From positions 14,389,869-14,453,868 of the forward strand of contig NC_057715.1 in the NCBI RefSeq assembly GCF_004010195.1: DNA of 64,000 nucleotides. The letters run 5' to 3'. The DNA is from Chiloscyllium plagiosum. Taxonomy: Eukaryota. Both the position numbers and the translations under genes were made by a program. The notes under the pieces were generated by a model. The model was not told the origin of the DNA and ran no database searches. It saw only the letters and a list, made by a program, of their open reading frames with translations. How positions within the stretch are numbered: the stretch's first letter is position 1; every line of letters begins with the position of its first letter. Below, piece after piece: positions 35,945 to 47,180 of the stretch.

Positions 35945-38110
35945 CACATGGCTTTGTGCATGGGAAATTGTGTCTCGCTAACTTGACTGAGTTTCTTGAA
36001 GAAGTGACGGAAGACTGAGGAAGGCACAAGGGTGGACATGAACTCTATGGACTTCAGCAAGGTGTTCGACAATTTTCCACATGGTAGACTGGTTAGCAAG
36101 TTAAGATCACATGGAATCCAGGGAGAGTGAGCATATGGATACAAAATTGGCTCATATGTAGGAGATAGAGGGTGGTGGTGGAGAGTTGCCTTTCAGACTG
36201 GAGGCCTGTGACCAGTGATGGGCTGCGAGGATCAGTGCTGGGTCCACTGCTTTTTGCCATTTATATAAATGATTTGGATGTGAATATAAGAGGTATGGTT
36301 AGTAAGTTTGCAGGTGACACCAAAATTAGAGGTGTAGTGGACAGTGAAGAACGTTACCTCAGCATACAATGGAACCTTGATCAGGTGGGCCAATGGACCA
36401 AAGAGTGGCAGATAGAGTTTAATTTGGATAAATGTGAGGTGTTGAATTTTGGAAAGGCAAATCAGGGCAGGATTTATACATTTAATGGAAAGATCCTGGG
36501 GAGTGTTGCTGAATTAAGAAATGGTTCATAATTCCTTCTTCACTGTCCACCAATTTTGGTGGCATCTGCAAATTTACTAACTATACCTCCTGTGTTCACA
36601 TTCAAATAATTTATATAAGTGACAAAAAGCAGAGGACCCAGCACGGATCCTTGCAGCACACCACTGGTGACAGGCTTCCAGTCTGAAAAGTAACCCTCCA
36701 TCACCACCCTCTGTCTCCTACCTTCGAGCCAGTTCTGTATCCAAATGGCTAACTTTCCCTGGATTTCACATGATCTAATCTTGAAAGTGGAGTGAAGAAG
36801 ACATTTGGTATACTTGCCTTTATTGGTCTGTAGATTGACTATAAGAGTTGGAATGTCATGTTGCAGCTGTACAGGGACATTGGTTAGGCCACTTTTGGCC
36901 TACGTATGAGCCAATTTTCTATCAAAATAACACACATAAGAGAAAGAGAAAGACATTATTGCATTGGAATAAGCAAGTCTAGTGGTAAAAATAAATGCAC
37001 ATGTGAAGGCATCAGCCACATACAAACATGAAGGAGTTGGCGTTCCAAAGAGATGGATTCTAATGGAGATTTAGTTACCTAGAGGTCAGGAGCTTCATAG
37101 TTTCTTGAAAGTGGAGTCGCAGTTAGATAGAATAGTGAAGAAAACATTTGGTATGCATTCCTTTATTGGTCAGTGCATTGACTATAGGAGTTGGGAGGTC
37201 ATGTGGCAACTCTACACGACATTGGTTCGACCACTTTTGAAGTACTGCGTGCAATTCTGGTCTCCCTGCCATAGGAAACATGTTGTGAAACTTGAAAAGA
37301 TTTAAGAGGATGTTACCAGGCTATAGGGAGAGGCTGAATACGCTGGGATTATTTTCCCTGGAGCATTGGAGGCTGAGGGGTGACCTTATAGAGGTTTATA
37401 AAATCATGGGGGACATGGATAGGATAAGTAAACAATGTCTTTTGCCTGAGATAGGGGATCCAGAACTCGAGGGCATAGGTTTAAGGGGAGAGGGGAAAGA
37501 TATAAAAGGAACCTCAGAAGTAACTTTTTCACACAGAGAGTGGTGCATGTATGGAATGAGCGGCCAGAGGAAGTGGTGAAGGCTGATATGATTATAACAT
37601 TTAAAAAGCATCTGGATGGATATATGGATAGGAAGGGTTTAGAGGGATATGGGCCAAATGCTGGTAATTGGGACTAGAATTCTGAAAGTATACTGAATGG
37701 CCTGGACAGAGTAGATGTTGGGAAGATGTTTCCATTGGTAGGAGAGGCTAGGACCTGAGGGCATAGCCTTAGAGTTAAGGTAAGAACTTTCAGAATGGAG
37801 ATAAAGAGAAACTTCTTCAGCCAGAGAGTGGGGAATCTATGGAATTCACTGCCACAGAAGGCTTTGGAGGACAGGCCATTGAGTATATTAAGACAGAGTA
37901 TCAAGGGGATCAAGGGTTATGGGGAGAATGGGATTGAGAAACTTATCAGCCATGATTGAATGGCACAGCAGACTCAATGGGTTGAATGGCCTAATTTCTG
38001 CTCCTATGTCTTATGGTCTTGTAGAATTATATAGGATACCTGATCGGCCTGGGTGAGTTGGACTGAAGGGTCTATTTCCCTGCTGTACAGCTCTCTGACT
38101 CTATGAGTCT
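35945..38110 (+). mobile_element. Composite of CR1 RT fragments, with an internal inverted piece at ~36538-36780 and a second-family 3' end at ~37676-38020
   Basis: HGFVHGKLCLANLTEF, GSVLGPLLFAIYINDLD, SKFAGDTKI and TLVRPLLKYCVQFW motifs. Confidence 0.88.
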
Positions 38111-39066
38111 AACTATACAGAGATGAGCTTGAATGGGAAGTGAGGTTTTCCTTGCCTCAGCCGCTTCTGATTCATATGTTGAGGTAACAAAGAGGAATTA
38201 AGTGTCCCTTTTGAAAGTGGCACCACTAATAAGCAGCAAAAGAAACCAAAAACCTTGAAAGGAATCTAATCCAATTAAACTGAGACAGCATTTCCTGGAG
38301 TTATTGGTGGTTCCCAGCCTCCTGGGTGCCCAGCAGTGGCTAAAGGTCTCAAGCACATCTGTGAACATATGTATCCCCTTTCCAAGAACAAATAGCAGCG
38401 ACGGACCTTTGGAAGAGAAGCACAGTTAGGCTGAGGGAGCCCATTGGCTGCCTGGCCTGTGGTCACCTTGACCAGCCCCAGGAGTAGCCCTATCCTCACC
38501 AGGAGGCTGACCTGTGGCTGAAATGAAGGAGCCATTGGCCGGGGTGAGGAGGTGGTGTAGTGGTAACATCAATGGACTACTCGTCGAAAATGCCAAACTA
38601 ATGTTCCAGTGATGAATCCCATTGTGGCAGATGGTGAAATCAGAAGTCAATAACAAAATCTAGAATTAAAAGAGTGTACAATAGAGACTGAGTAATCAAC
38701 TGTTGTAAAAACCTATTTGGTTCACTAATCTTTTATTGAGGAAGGAAATTTGCTGTTGTTACCTGATCTGGCCCCCAGACACGTAATAATGTGGTTGACT
38801 CTCGATTACCCTCTGGCAAGCCACCCAGCCTGATGGCAATTAGGGATGCTAGCTCAGCCAGTCTCACGCCCACATCCCATGAATGAATAGTTTTAAATGA
38901 TGAAGGAGGAACTGCAATGTGACTCGTCCAACATTAATGTGAACACAGACGGACAGCTCCAGGCGACCCCTCAGTCTGTGATCAGTCTGTTGGATGCAAT
39001 ATCCTTTACCTGGCCAAAATCCCCTGATCTGAAAATAGGGATTTCAACCTGGATCAGGGAATGTCG

Positions 39067-39162
39067 TTTCCTGAAGAAGGGCTCATGCCCGAAATGTCAA
39101 TTCTCCTGCTCCTTGGATGCTGCCTGACCTGCTGCGCTTTTCCAGCAACACATTTTCAGCTG
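39067..39162 (+). mobile_element. Short Penelope pseudo-LTR fragment with hammerhead core
   Basis: CTGAAGA-A-GGGC(TCAT)GCCC-GAAAT-GTC at 39071-39098, followed by the same arm sequence as 51640-51700 in reverse. Confidence 0.85.
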
Positions 39163-41117
39163 TGGTGGAAATAGGGTGAGAATAGGTTAGACACTAGGGT
39201 TAATGGGTTAAGGAGGCAGGTGGGAACATAAGAAACAGGAGTAAGTCTGCTCTGGATTCACACTGTTCAAGGCTAATCATCGACCTTAAAACCATTTATC
39301 TTCACTTTCCTATATTGTTTGATACCAGCACTATCCAAAATTCTGTCAATTTCCATGATGGTCTGATCTCCATTTGGAGATCAGGAGATCTGAGTCCTTA
39401 TCTCTCACTTTCTTTTATTTGTTACACTTGGGTGACAGCACCATCTGCTGCAAGGACATAGTAGTACAGGACAAAATGAAGAGTTGCCCCATTCATAAAT
39501 CAGGAACCTCTGTCTAAATACTGCAGTGCCACACTCAGAGAACTCTGTTCAGTCGGAGATGTCATCTATTGGATGAGATGTTAAATAAATACTTTGTTTG
39601 CACTGTTAAGTAGATATGAAAGATTCCATTGCACAATATTACAGAATATTAGGAGTATTCTTCCAGTGTCCTGAGTCAGTATTTGTCCCTCAATAAGCTT
39701 CACTAAAATGAAAGATTATATGATTTGTGTTATTTGTGGAAGCTTCCTGAATGGAAATTGGCTGCTGTGCATCCTGCACTACAACCGTGCCTACACTTTA
39801 AATGTACTTCATTGGCTGTAAAGCACATCGAGACATCCTGAGGACATGAAATTTGCTATGAAAACGCAAATTCTTTCCTTTTCATTATTTTTGTCTGCGA
39901 GGCTGTACAGTGGGGAATGCAGCCCACCATCAAATCTGAGGTTCTGACCGGTCAAGAATGTACAGAGTCATTGAGATGAAGAGTGGCTGGTCAATACAAT
40001 AATTACTGTGGGCACAACACTGACATATTTACCCACCTGGAGTTGCCTGATCTCCTGACCATCACGAGTGTTCCACAGTGAGCTGGTCTACTATTGTTTA
40101 CTCCTTTTTTTGGGGATTCAGAGCTTGACTCTGCTCTGGTCCATACCTGATAGATTCATATCTGGAAATGGCAGTCATTAATTACGAACAAAAATCACTC
40201 AACAGGCGTGGCAACCATTAATTAGAGTAACAGTAAAGCTTGTATATCTATATTGCTTTTCACAGCCAAGTATAGTCATGGTTGTAATGTAGGGAATGCA
40301 GCTAATTAGCAGATTAGGTGTTAGCTAAGAGATAAATATTGGTTTAGAACCATGCCCCCCCCACCCAACTCTGGAAAAATGCCCTTGCCCTTCTTTAATA
40401 GTCTAGGTCCACAGGAAAGAACAGAGGGAGAATGGGTTTGACATGATTTCTGTCAATATTGCTCCACAGTATCATCCTAGATTTTTAAAATGGAACTTTC
40501 CAATTCAGATGGAGAACACTATAACTGAACCGAGAGTAATAGTCCCTCATCAGAAGTGACAAACATTTACTAAGCATTGTAGCTACTCATCCGGAGTCAC
40601 TGTCACTAATTAAATATAGCAATCATATCAACTAATGATCAGTCCTCTATGAATACTTACAATGCAATCGACATAGAACTTCCAGCACAGAAACAGATTA
40701 TTGGTCTAACAAGAATACCAATTTATATTCATATACAGGTGCTGGCAGGTGGGACTAGATTGGGTTGGGATATCTGGTCGACATGGATGGGTTGGACCGA
40801 AGGATCTGTTTTTGTGCTGTACATTTCTATGACACTATAATTCTAATAACTTTATTCGATCAAAATGACCCAAGGCTCTGTACAGGAACTCTATAAAACA
40901 ATATATGACACCAAGCTAAATAAGGAGATATTAGATTGGAGATCAAAAGCTTAGTCAAAGTGGTAAATTTTAAGGCTGTCTTAAAGGAAGACAAGGACGA
41001 CAGTGAAGGAGGGATGGAGAAATTGAGGGAATCCTGGAGATATACACCCTTGGCAATTGAAGGCATCGTCGCCAAAGGAAAACTAAATGAAAATAAAACT
41101 GAGTATGTACTAGAGAC

Positions 41118-41307
41118 TGAAAATGTGTTGCTGGAACAGTGCAGCAGGTCAGGCAGCATCCAGGGAACAGGAGAATCGACGTTTCGGGCATAAGCCCTTC
41201 CCGAAACGTCGATTCTCCTGTTCCCTGGATGCTGCCTGACCTGCTGTGCTGTTCCAGCAACACATTTACACCTCTGATCTCCAGCATCTGCAGACCTCAC
41301 TTTCTCC
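41118..41307. mobile_element. Second non-autonomous Penelope-derived palindromic insertion (apex lacks CUGANGA)
   Basis: About 65-bp inverted arms. 14-bp TSD TATGTACTAGAGAC at 41104-41117 and 41308-41321. Same one-sided tail as the 5366 copy, in opposite orientation. Confidence 0.9.
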
Positions 41308-41584
41308 TATGTACTAGAGACCCAGATTTATATGAGCAGAACTACCAGGAAGGTCGTGGGTCTGGAGGAGGTTAAGAGATACTTAAGAGCAAAACAATGG
41401 AGAGAATTGAATATTGGGATGTTTAAAACGAGGGAATTGCTTAATAGGCATCTTGTGATAACAGGGAGTGGGGGAAATGGGAAAAGGACTTGCTACGGGT
41501 TAGAACACGGGAAGTGGTGTTTTGGATTAGCTTGAGTTCACAGATGGCAATGGCATAAAGCTGGGTGGGAGGATGAATTGTGAG

Positions 41585-42198
41585 TGTCGTGGAGAAAATG
41601 TAAAGAATCAGCAGAGAGTTCTTCAAGAAGTAGGTCTTTTATTTGCAAACAAAAAAACTGTGACACTGAGAAAGCAGATTCTCGAAAGTCCACGAACCTG
41701 AGGGTCCCTGGTTTTTTATTTTTTTATCACGTTTCTGTTAGCTTATCAGTATGTCCAACTATATTAATCAAAGTACCTCACTCTAGCTACACATTAAACC
41801 AGTGATGTTAATTCCCATTATCTCTTTAGTTGTACATTCTACTGAATGTTATTCTAATGTCACGGTTAGATATTTAGTGTTAATTCTTGCAAAGATGGTC
41901 TTTCATTCCAAACCCTGCTTAATATTTTCCTAATGTCATGATTAGATATTTATTATCATCTCTGCTACAGTGATCTTCCATTCCAGACTAACCTGTCATG
42001 ATAGATATTTAGCTATTCCATCTATTACAATAGTCTTCTGTCTCAAGCTGACTCTACTAACTATTAATTAGATATTTAATGTCATGTCCCAAATTTTTAT
42101 GGCCCCAATCTATTCATAATGACACTTAACAGGGAAACTACCTCTACTAACTGTTATCTCGCCTTACTCTGCAAATTGGTGTAAGAGCATTCCACTAT
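41585..42198 (-). mobile_element. Possible solo LTR
   Basis: Begins TGTCGTGGA and ends TCCACTA. TTTATT near 41638 is a minus-strand polyA signal. Internal direct repeats TGTCATGATTAGATATTTA. No TSD found. Confidence 0.4.
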
Positions 42199-42206
42199 TC
42201 TTTTTT

Positions 42207-42511
42207 TAGATTCCCTACAGTATGGAAACAGGCCCTTCGGCCCAACCAGTCCACACTGACCCTCTGAAGAGTAACCCACCCAGACCCATTTCCCTCTGAC
42301 TAATGCACCTAACACTATGGGCAATTTAGCACGGCCAATTCACCTGACCTGCACATCTTTGGACTGTGGGAGGAAACTGGAGCACCCGGAGGAAACCAAT
42401 GCAGACACGGAGAGAATGTGCAAACTCCACACAGACAGTCGCCCCAGGCTGGAATTGAACCTGGGACCCTGGAGCTCTGAGGCAACAGTGCCAACCACTG
42501 AGCCACCTGCC
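42207..42511 (-). mobile_element. tRNA-derived SINE (HE1-like)
   Basis: Reverse complement of the 29438-type SINE. Confidence 0.9.
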
Positions 42512-42910
42512 TACCAGATTGCCAGTGGTCTTCATGTTTTAACCCTTTGCATGCTTTCATGTTATTTATTTTCCACATGAGGAGGCTGCAAAGATGTAAT
42601 TTAGGCAAGTTGGGTGAGTGGGCAAATGCATGGGGGCCTACGCAGTATAATGTGGATAAATGGAAGGTTGTTCACTTTGGTAGCAATAACAGGAAGGCAG
42701 ATTGTCCTTTGAAAGGTGACAGATTGGGAAAGTGAGAGGTGCAACGATACCTTGGTGTCCTTGCAATGAAGAGTGATTCTTGGGATGGCAGGAGTGTGGT
42801 TTGAAGACAAACTGGATTGTTTAGGATTGTGTTCAGTGGAGCTTAGAAGACTGAGAGGGGAACTTTGTAGAAATAAAATTCTCATAGCACTAGACCCGGT
42901 AAATGGTTGG

Positions 42911-43549
42911 TGTGGGATATAGGTAAATTAAAGTTATTTCTGCAATTATAAGTTCTGATACAGAGTAAATGAACTCACATCAGTGTGTAATTGTTTCAGC
43001 CAAAAGCTGAGTCAACAAGAATGGACACTATATAGAGGAAATATATAATTGTATGCCAGCATGAAACGTGATTGCAAAACAATGGTAGAAATACAGGCAC
43101 TAGATAAAATGCTGTGAAGAGAGGCCTGTATAAACAGTAGGTTTCCCACTTGTACAGAGACACAGGAACAAACCCCAATTAAAAGGGCTTAGTGATAAGA
43201 TGCTGTGAGGGGCAGCGCAGATGGAGGGAATAGATAATGGTAAGCAAAGGATGGGATGAGGTTAAACGGCCTTGTGAGGTCAGAGTAAGCATTTTGTCAC
43301 AGATAAGACCGGATAAACAGGAATAATGGGGCCAGTCTTAAGGAACTGGAGGATGTAGATAGGGGAAGAGCAATGTAAAACAAAAGAAGCCAAATGATAT
43401 AAATATCGAGCGTTTGTCGAATTCGGTGTGTGTTTTGTCCCTGCCTTGTGACATCACACCCACTTGCAAGTGTAAAATAAATGACACTACTGATTCAGAT
43501 TTTTGTCTCGGACTGAAATTATTGAAGTGAGTGAGCTTTGTTTCTCACA
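42911..43549 (+). mobile_element. Solo LTR (639 bp) inserted into a CR1 fragment
   Basis: TG...CA termini with imperfect terminal inverted repeat TGTGGGA/TCTCACA. 5-bp TSD GTTGG at 42906-42910 and 43550-43554. TATAAA at 43398 and AATAAA at 43476. Confidence 0.85.
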
Positions 43550-44529
43550 GTTGGTAAATGGTGAAACCAGTGACCAGGGAGTCCAGAACCAGGGTCACTG
43601 TATAAGGATAGATCATTTAGGACTAAGATGAGGAAAACATTCTTCAACACAGAGAATGGTGAGCCTGTAGAATTCTCTGCCACAAGAAGAGTGGAGGCCA
43701 AAACATAAGATATTGGAGCAGAATTAAGCTATTCAACATGTTGAGTCTACTCTACCATTTAATCATGGTAGTATGTTTCTCAACCCCATTCGCCTGCCTT
43801 CTCCCCCTAACTCTTGCCCCCTTACTAATCAAGAATCTATCTATCTCTGTCTTAAATGCATCCGATGAATTGGCTTCCAAAGCCCTCTGCGAACACTTCC
43901 ACAGAACCATAAAATATAGATTTTAGGGTTGAAAGGATCAAAGGCAATGGGGGAAAGTGGGAACAGAATACTGAGTTGGGTGATCAACCATGATCATACT
44001 AAATGTCAGAGCAAGCTCATAGATCCGAATTGCCTACACCTGTTGCTGTTTTCTGTGTTTCTAAAATGTGGGAGAATTGCAGTCTGGATGCATTGGAAGA
44101 GTCAAACCTAGAGGTATCAACATTATTGATAAGGAATCCAGCAGCAGATAAGCTACAGTATGGAAATGTAGTTCAAACATGGTTTCAATTATGAACTTTA
44201 TGTCTCTTCCTATCACAGTTTCCAGAAACTAACTTGTACTTTTAGCCATTAAAGCAAAGATGCATTTCATTACGTTGCTAAAATCTTTATTTCAGATTGT
44301 ATGTGAAACTGTTGGACAGCCAGGAGGAAAGAGCAGAAAATGTGTTCGTTTTGATTTGTTAGCATCAACATTTGCTGAAAATTAAGACCTTGCATTGTTT
44401 CCAACGCGTTCAGTTTGTAATTTAGATTTGCACTGTTTGGTTTTTGAAAATGCTCGTATAATTTTTGCTGTCATTCATGTCGTATTCCGCCCTAAATAAT
44501 AATAATAATTCCCTCATATTCCCTCACAT

Positions 44530-44800
44530 GGAGCAGGCGGCCACTAGGGTGACGGGGGGGGACCGAATGTTCGGGTCATGGTTCTCCGGAGAGGGGAAGG
44601 GATTGTCAGCCGGACGTAGGGCGCCGGAAGTAGCAGCGCGGGAGCGCGAGCAAGTGGCGGCGATGAATCAGAAAGTGAAGCCGGATCGGGAGCGGCTGCG
44701 GCGCCGGGTCCGACTCTACCTGGACCAGGTGAGCGAGCAGGCAACCCCCCGGAAACCAGCTTCGGGGAACACGCCTGCGGGCGGGGGCCAGAGCATCCAG
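44530..44800 (+). promoter_or_regulatory. CpG-island promoter/5'UTR of CDC16 with ETS (GABP-type) site
   Basis: CpG-rich patch. CCGGAAGT at 44624-44631, about 30 bp upstream of the ATG. Confidence 0.8.
44663..44728 (+). CDS. CDC16: Cell division cycle 16 (APC6) exon 1
   Basis: GGCGATG start; MNQKVKPDRERLRRRVRLYLDQ (human MNLERLRKRVRQYLDQ, recalled); donor GTGAGC. Confidence 0.93.
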
Positions 44801-44802
44801 TT

Positions 44803-45597
44803 CAGCGCTCCCTCAGTACAGTCCCTCTGACAGTGCGGCACTCCCTCAGTACTGACCCTCTGACAGTGCAGCACTCCCTCAGCACTGACCCTCTGACAGT
44901 GCAGCACTCCCTCAGCACTGACCCTCTGACAGTGCAGCATTCCCTCAGTACTGACCCTCTGACAGTGCAGCGCTCCCTCAGTACTGACCCTCTGACAGTG
45001 CAGTGCTCCCTCAGTACTGACCCTCTGACAGTGCAGCACACCCTCAGCACTGACCCTCTGACAGTGCAGCACTCTCTCAGTACTGATTCTCTGACAGTGC
45101 GGCACTCTCTCAGTGCTGACCCTCTGACAGTGCGGCACTCTCTACAGTACTGACCCTCCGACAGTGCAGCACTCCCTCAGTACTGACCCTCTGACAGTGC
45201 AGCACTCTCTACAGTACTGACCCTCCGACAGTGCAGCGCTCCCTCAGTACTGACCCTCCGACAGTGCAGCGCTCCCTCAGTACTGACCCTGCGACAGTAC
45301 AGTACTGACCCTGCGAAGGTGCAGTGCTCCCTCAGTACTGACCCTCTGACAGTGCAGTACTCCCTCAGTACTGACCCTGCGACGGTGTGGCTCTCCTTCA
45401 GTACTGACGGTGCAGCACTCCCTCTGTACTGACCCTGCGACGGTGCGGTGCTCCTTCAGTACTGACCCTGCGATATTTTGGCGCTCCCTCAGTAATGATC
45501 CTGCAACTGGTGGGGAGCTCCGTTTATACGTCCCTGTGATGGTGAGTTGCTCCCTCAGTATTGACGGTGCAGCGCTCCCTCAGTAATGACCCTGCCA
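44803..45597. repeat. 33-bp minisatellite in CDC16 intron 1
   Basis: Unit CAGTACTGACCCTCTGACAGTGCAGCACTCCCT, roughly 23-24 copies, degenerating toward the 3' end. Confidence 0.97.
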
Positions 45598-45984
45598 ACT
45601 CTTTACAATGTCGTACTGTCTGGACTACTGGCCCTCAGGCACTGCAGACTTGCCTCAGAATTAGTTTTTGGCCACTGCTCCCTCCATCCTGCATCTGGAC
45701 ATTTGTCTTTCATTGCTTCATGGATTGTGGGCACACTGGCTGGTCATCATTGATTGCCAATCCCTAGTTGTGCTTGAAATGTGATGATGAGCTGCTATGT
45801 TCACTCACTGCTGTCATTAATCTTTGGCAATGTGCTGTTGGTCTGGTTACTCTGGTGCTGTTGGATAGATCTTGAAACAATCGTCTTACCCATGCTGGTG
45901 TTCTGCCTCCTGAACTATGGCTGACGCTTAATTCAAAGCCATCGGTGGCCAGGATAATGACACTGTCCGTTTGTTTCCTTGCAG

Positions 45985-46039
45985 CAACAATATCAGAGTG
46001 CTTTGTTTTGGGCTGACAAGGTTGCTTCGTTGTCGCATG
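45985..46039 (+). CDS. CDC16: CDC16 exon 2
   Basis: CAG acceptor; QQYQSALFWADKVASLSH+G (55 nt); donor GTGAGC. Confidence 0.96.
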
Positions 46040-46231
46040 GTGAGCTGATTTTTCCATACTTTTGTATTGAATCTGTAGTCTTATAGGTTTGTGTTCTTTA
46101 GTTTGTTTTCCAGGAGGTGAGAGAAATATTTGATGATTTCATGTTTCTGTGAATGTCTATCAATAATGGAGTAAGTGTACACTTGGTTATATTAATTTAA
46201 AATTAAATAACATTAAAATTAAAGTTAAATA

Positions 46232-47180
46232 GCTGTGACTAGCAGTGTGCCACAACGATCGGTGCTGGGTCCACTGATGTTGTTCGTCATTTATATAGAC
46301 AATTTGGATGCAAATACAGACAATGTGGTTCATAAGTTTGCAGAAGACACCAAATTGGTGGTATAGTGAACTGTGAAGAAGGTTACCTGAGAGTACAATG
46401 GGATCTTGATCAACTGGGCCAGTGGGCTGAAGAATGGCAGGTGGAGTTTAATTCAAATAAAGTGAGGTCTTGTATTTTGGTAAGAGAAACCAGGCAGGGC
46501 TTATACAATTAATGGTAGGGCCATGGGGAGTGTTTCTAACAGTGACCTGGGGTGGAGGAACGTATTTCCTCAAAAGTGGCATCACGGGTAGTCAGGGTGG
46601 CGAAGGAGGTGTGTGGCACACTTGCCTTCTTCAGTCAGAGCATTGAGTACAGAAGTTAGGACATAATGTTACAGTTGTGCAAGACATTACTAAATTTGGA
46701 GTATTCCATATAATCCTGGTCATCCTGTTATTAAACTGGAAAGGGTGCAGAAAAAGATTTCCAAGGATGTTACTGAGACTGGAAAGTTTTAGTTACAAGG
46801 AGATGTTTAATAAGCTGGGACTTTTTCTTCCTTGAGTGTAGCGAGCTGAGGGGTGACCTTAAAGATTTATAAAATCACGAAAGCCGTGGATATGGTAAAT
46901 AGTCAAGGTCTTTTCGCCAAGGTGTGGGAATCCAAACGTGAGAGGGAAGATTTAAAAGGGATCAGCGGGGCAACATTTTTCACATACAGGGTGGTGTGTA
47001 TATGGAACAAGCTGCCAGAGGAAGTAATCAAGATAACAAAAGTTAGAACATTTAGACAGGTACATGAAAAGCAAAGGTTTAGAGGGATATGAGCCAAATG
47101 TGGGCAAAAAGGGATAGTTCAGTTTTGGTCAGCATGGACTAGTTGGGTCAAAGAGCCTGTTTCCGTGCTGTATGACTCTA
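46232..47180 (+). mobile_element. CR1/HER1 LINE RT-3' fragment
   Basis: [11 protein letters not shown] and KFAEDTKLV-like motifs, plus the CR1 3' end. Confidence 0.85.

Noticed and set aside
44465-44830. 121-aa ORF or upstream in-frame ATGs for CDC16
   Set aside because: Homology starts at MN (44663) and ends at the donor. The upstream ATGs lie before the ETS site and likely TSS, although this cannot be excluded without CAGE.
44716-45153. Repetitive ORFs (HCQRVSTEGVL / HSLSTDPLTVQ), or a CRISPR-like array
   Set aside because: Translations of a 33-bp tandem repeat with no unique spacers. Eukaryotic intron, no cas genes.
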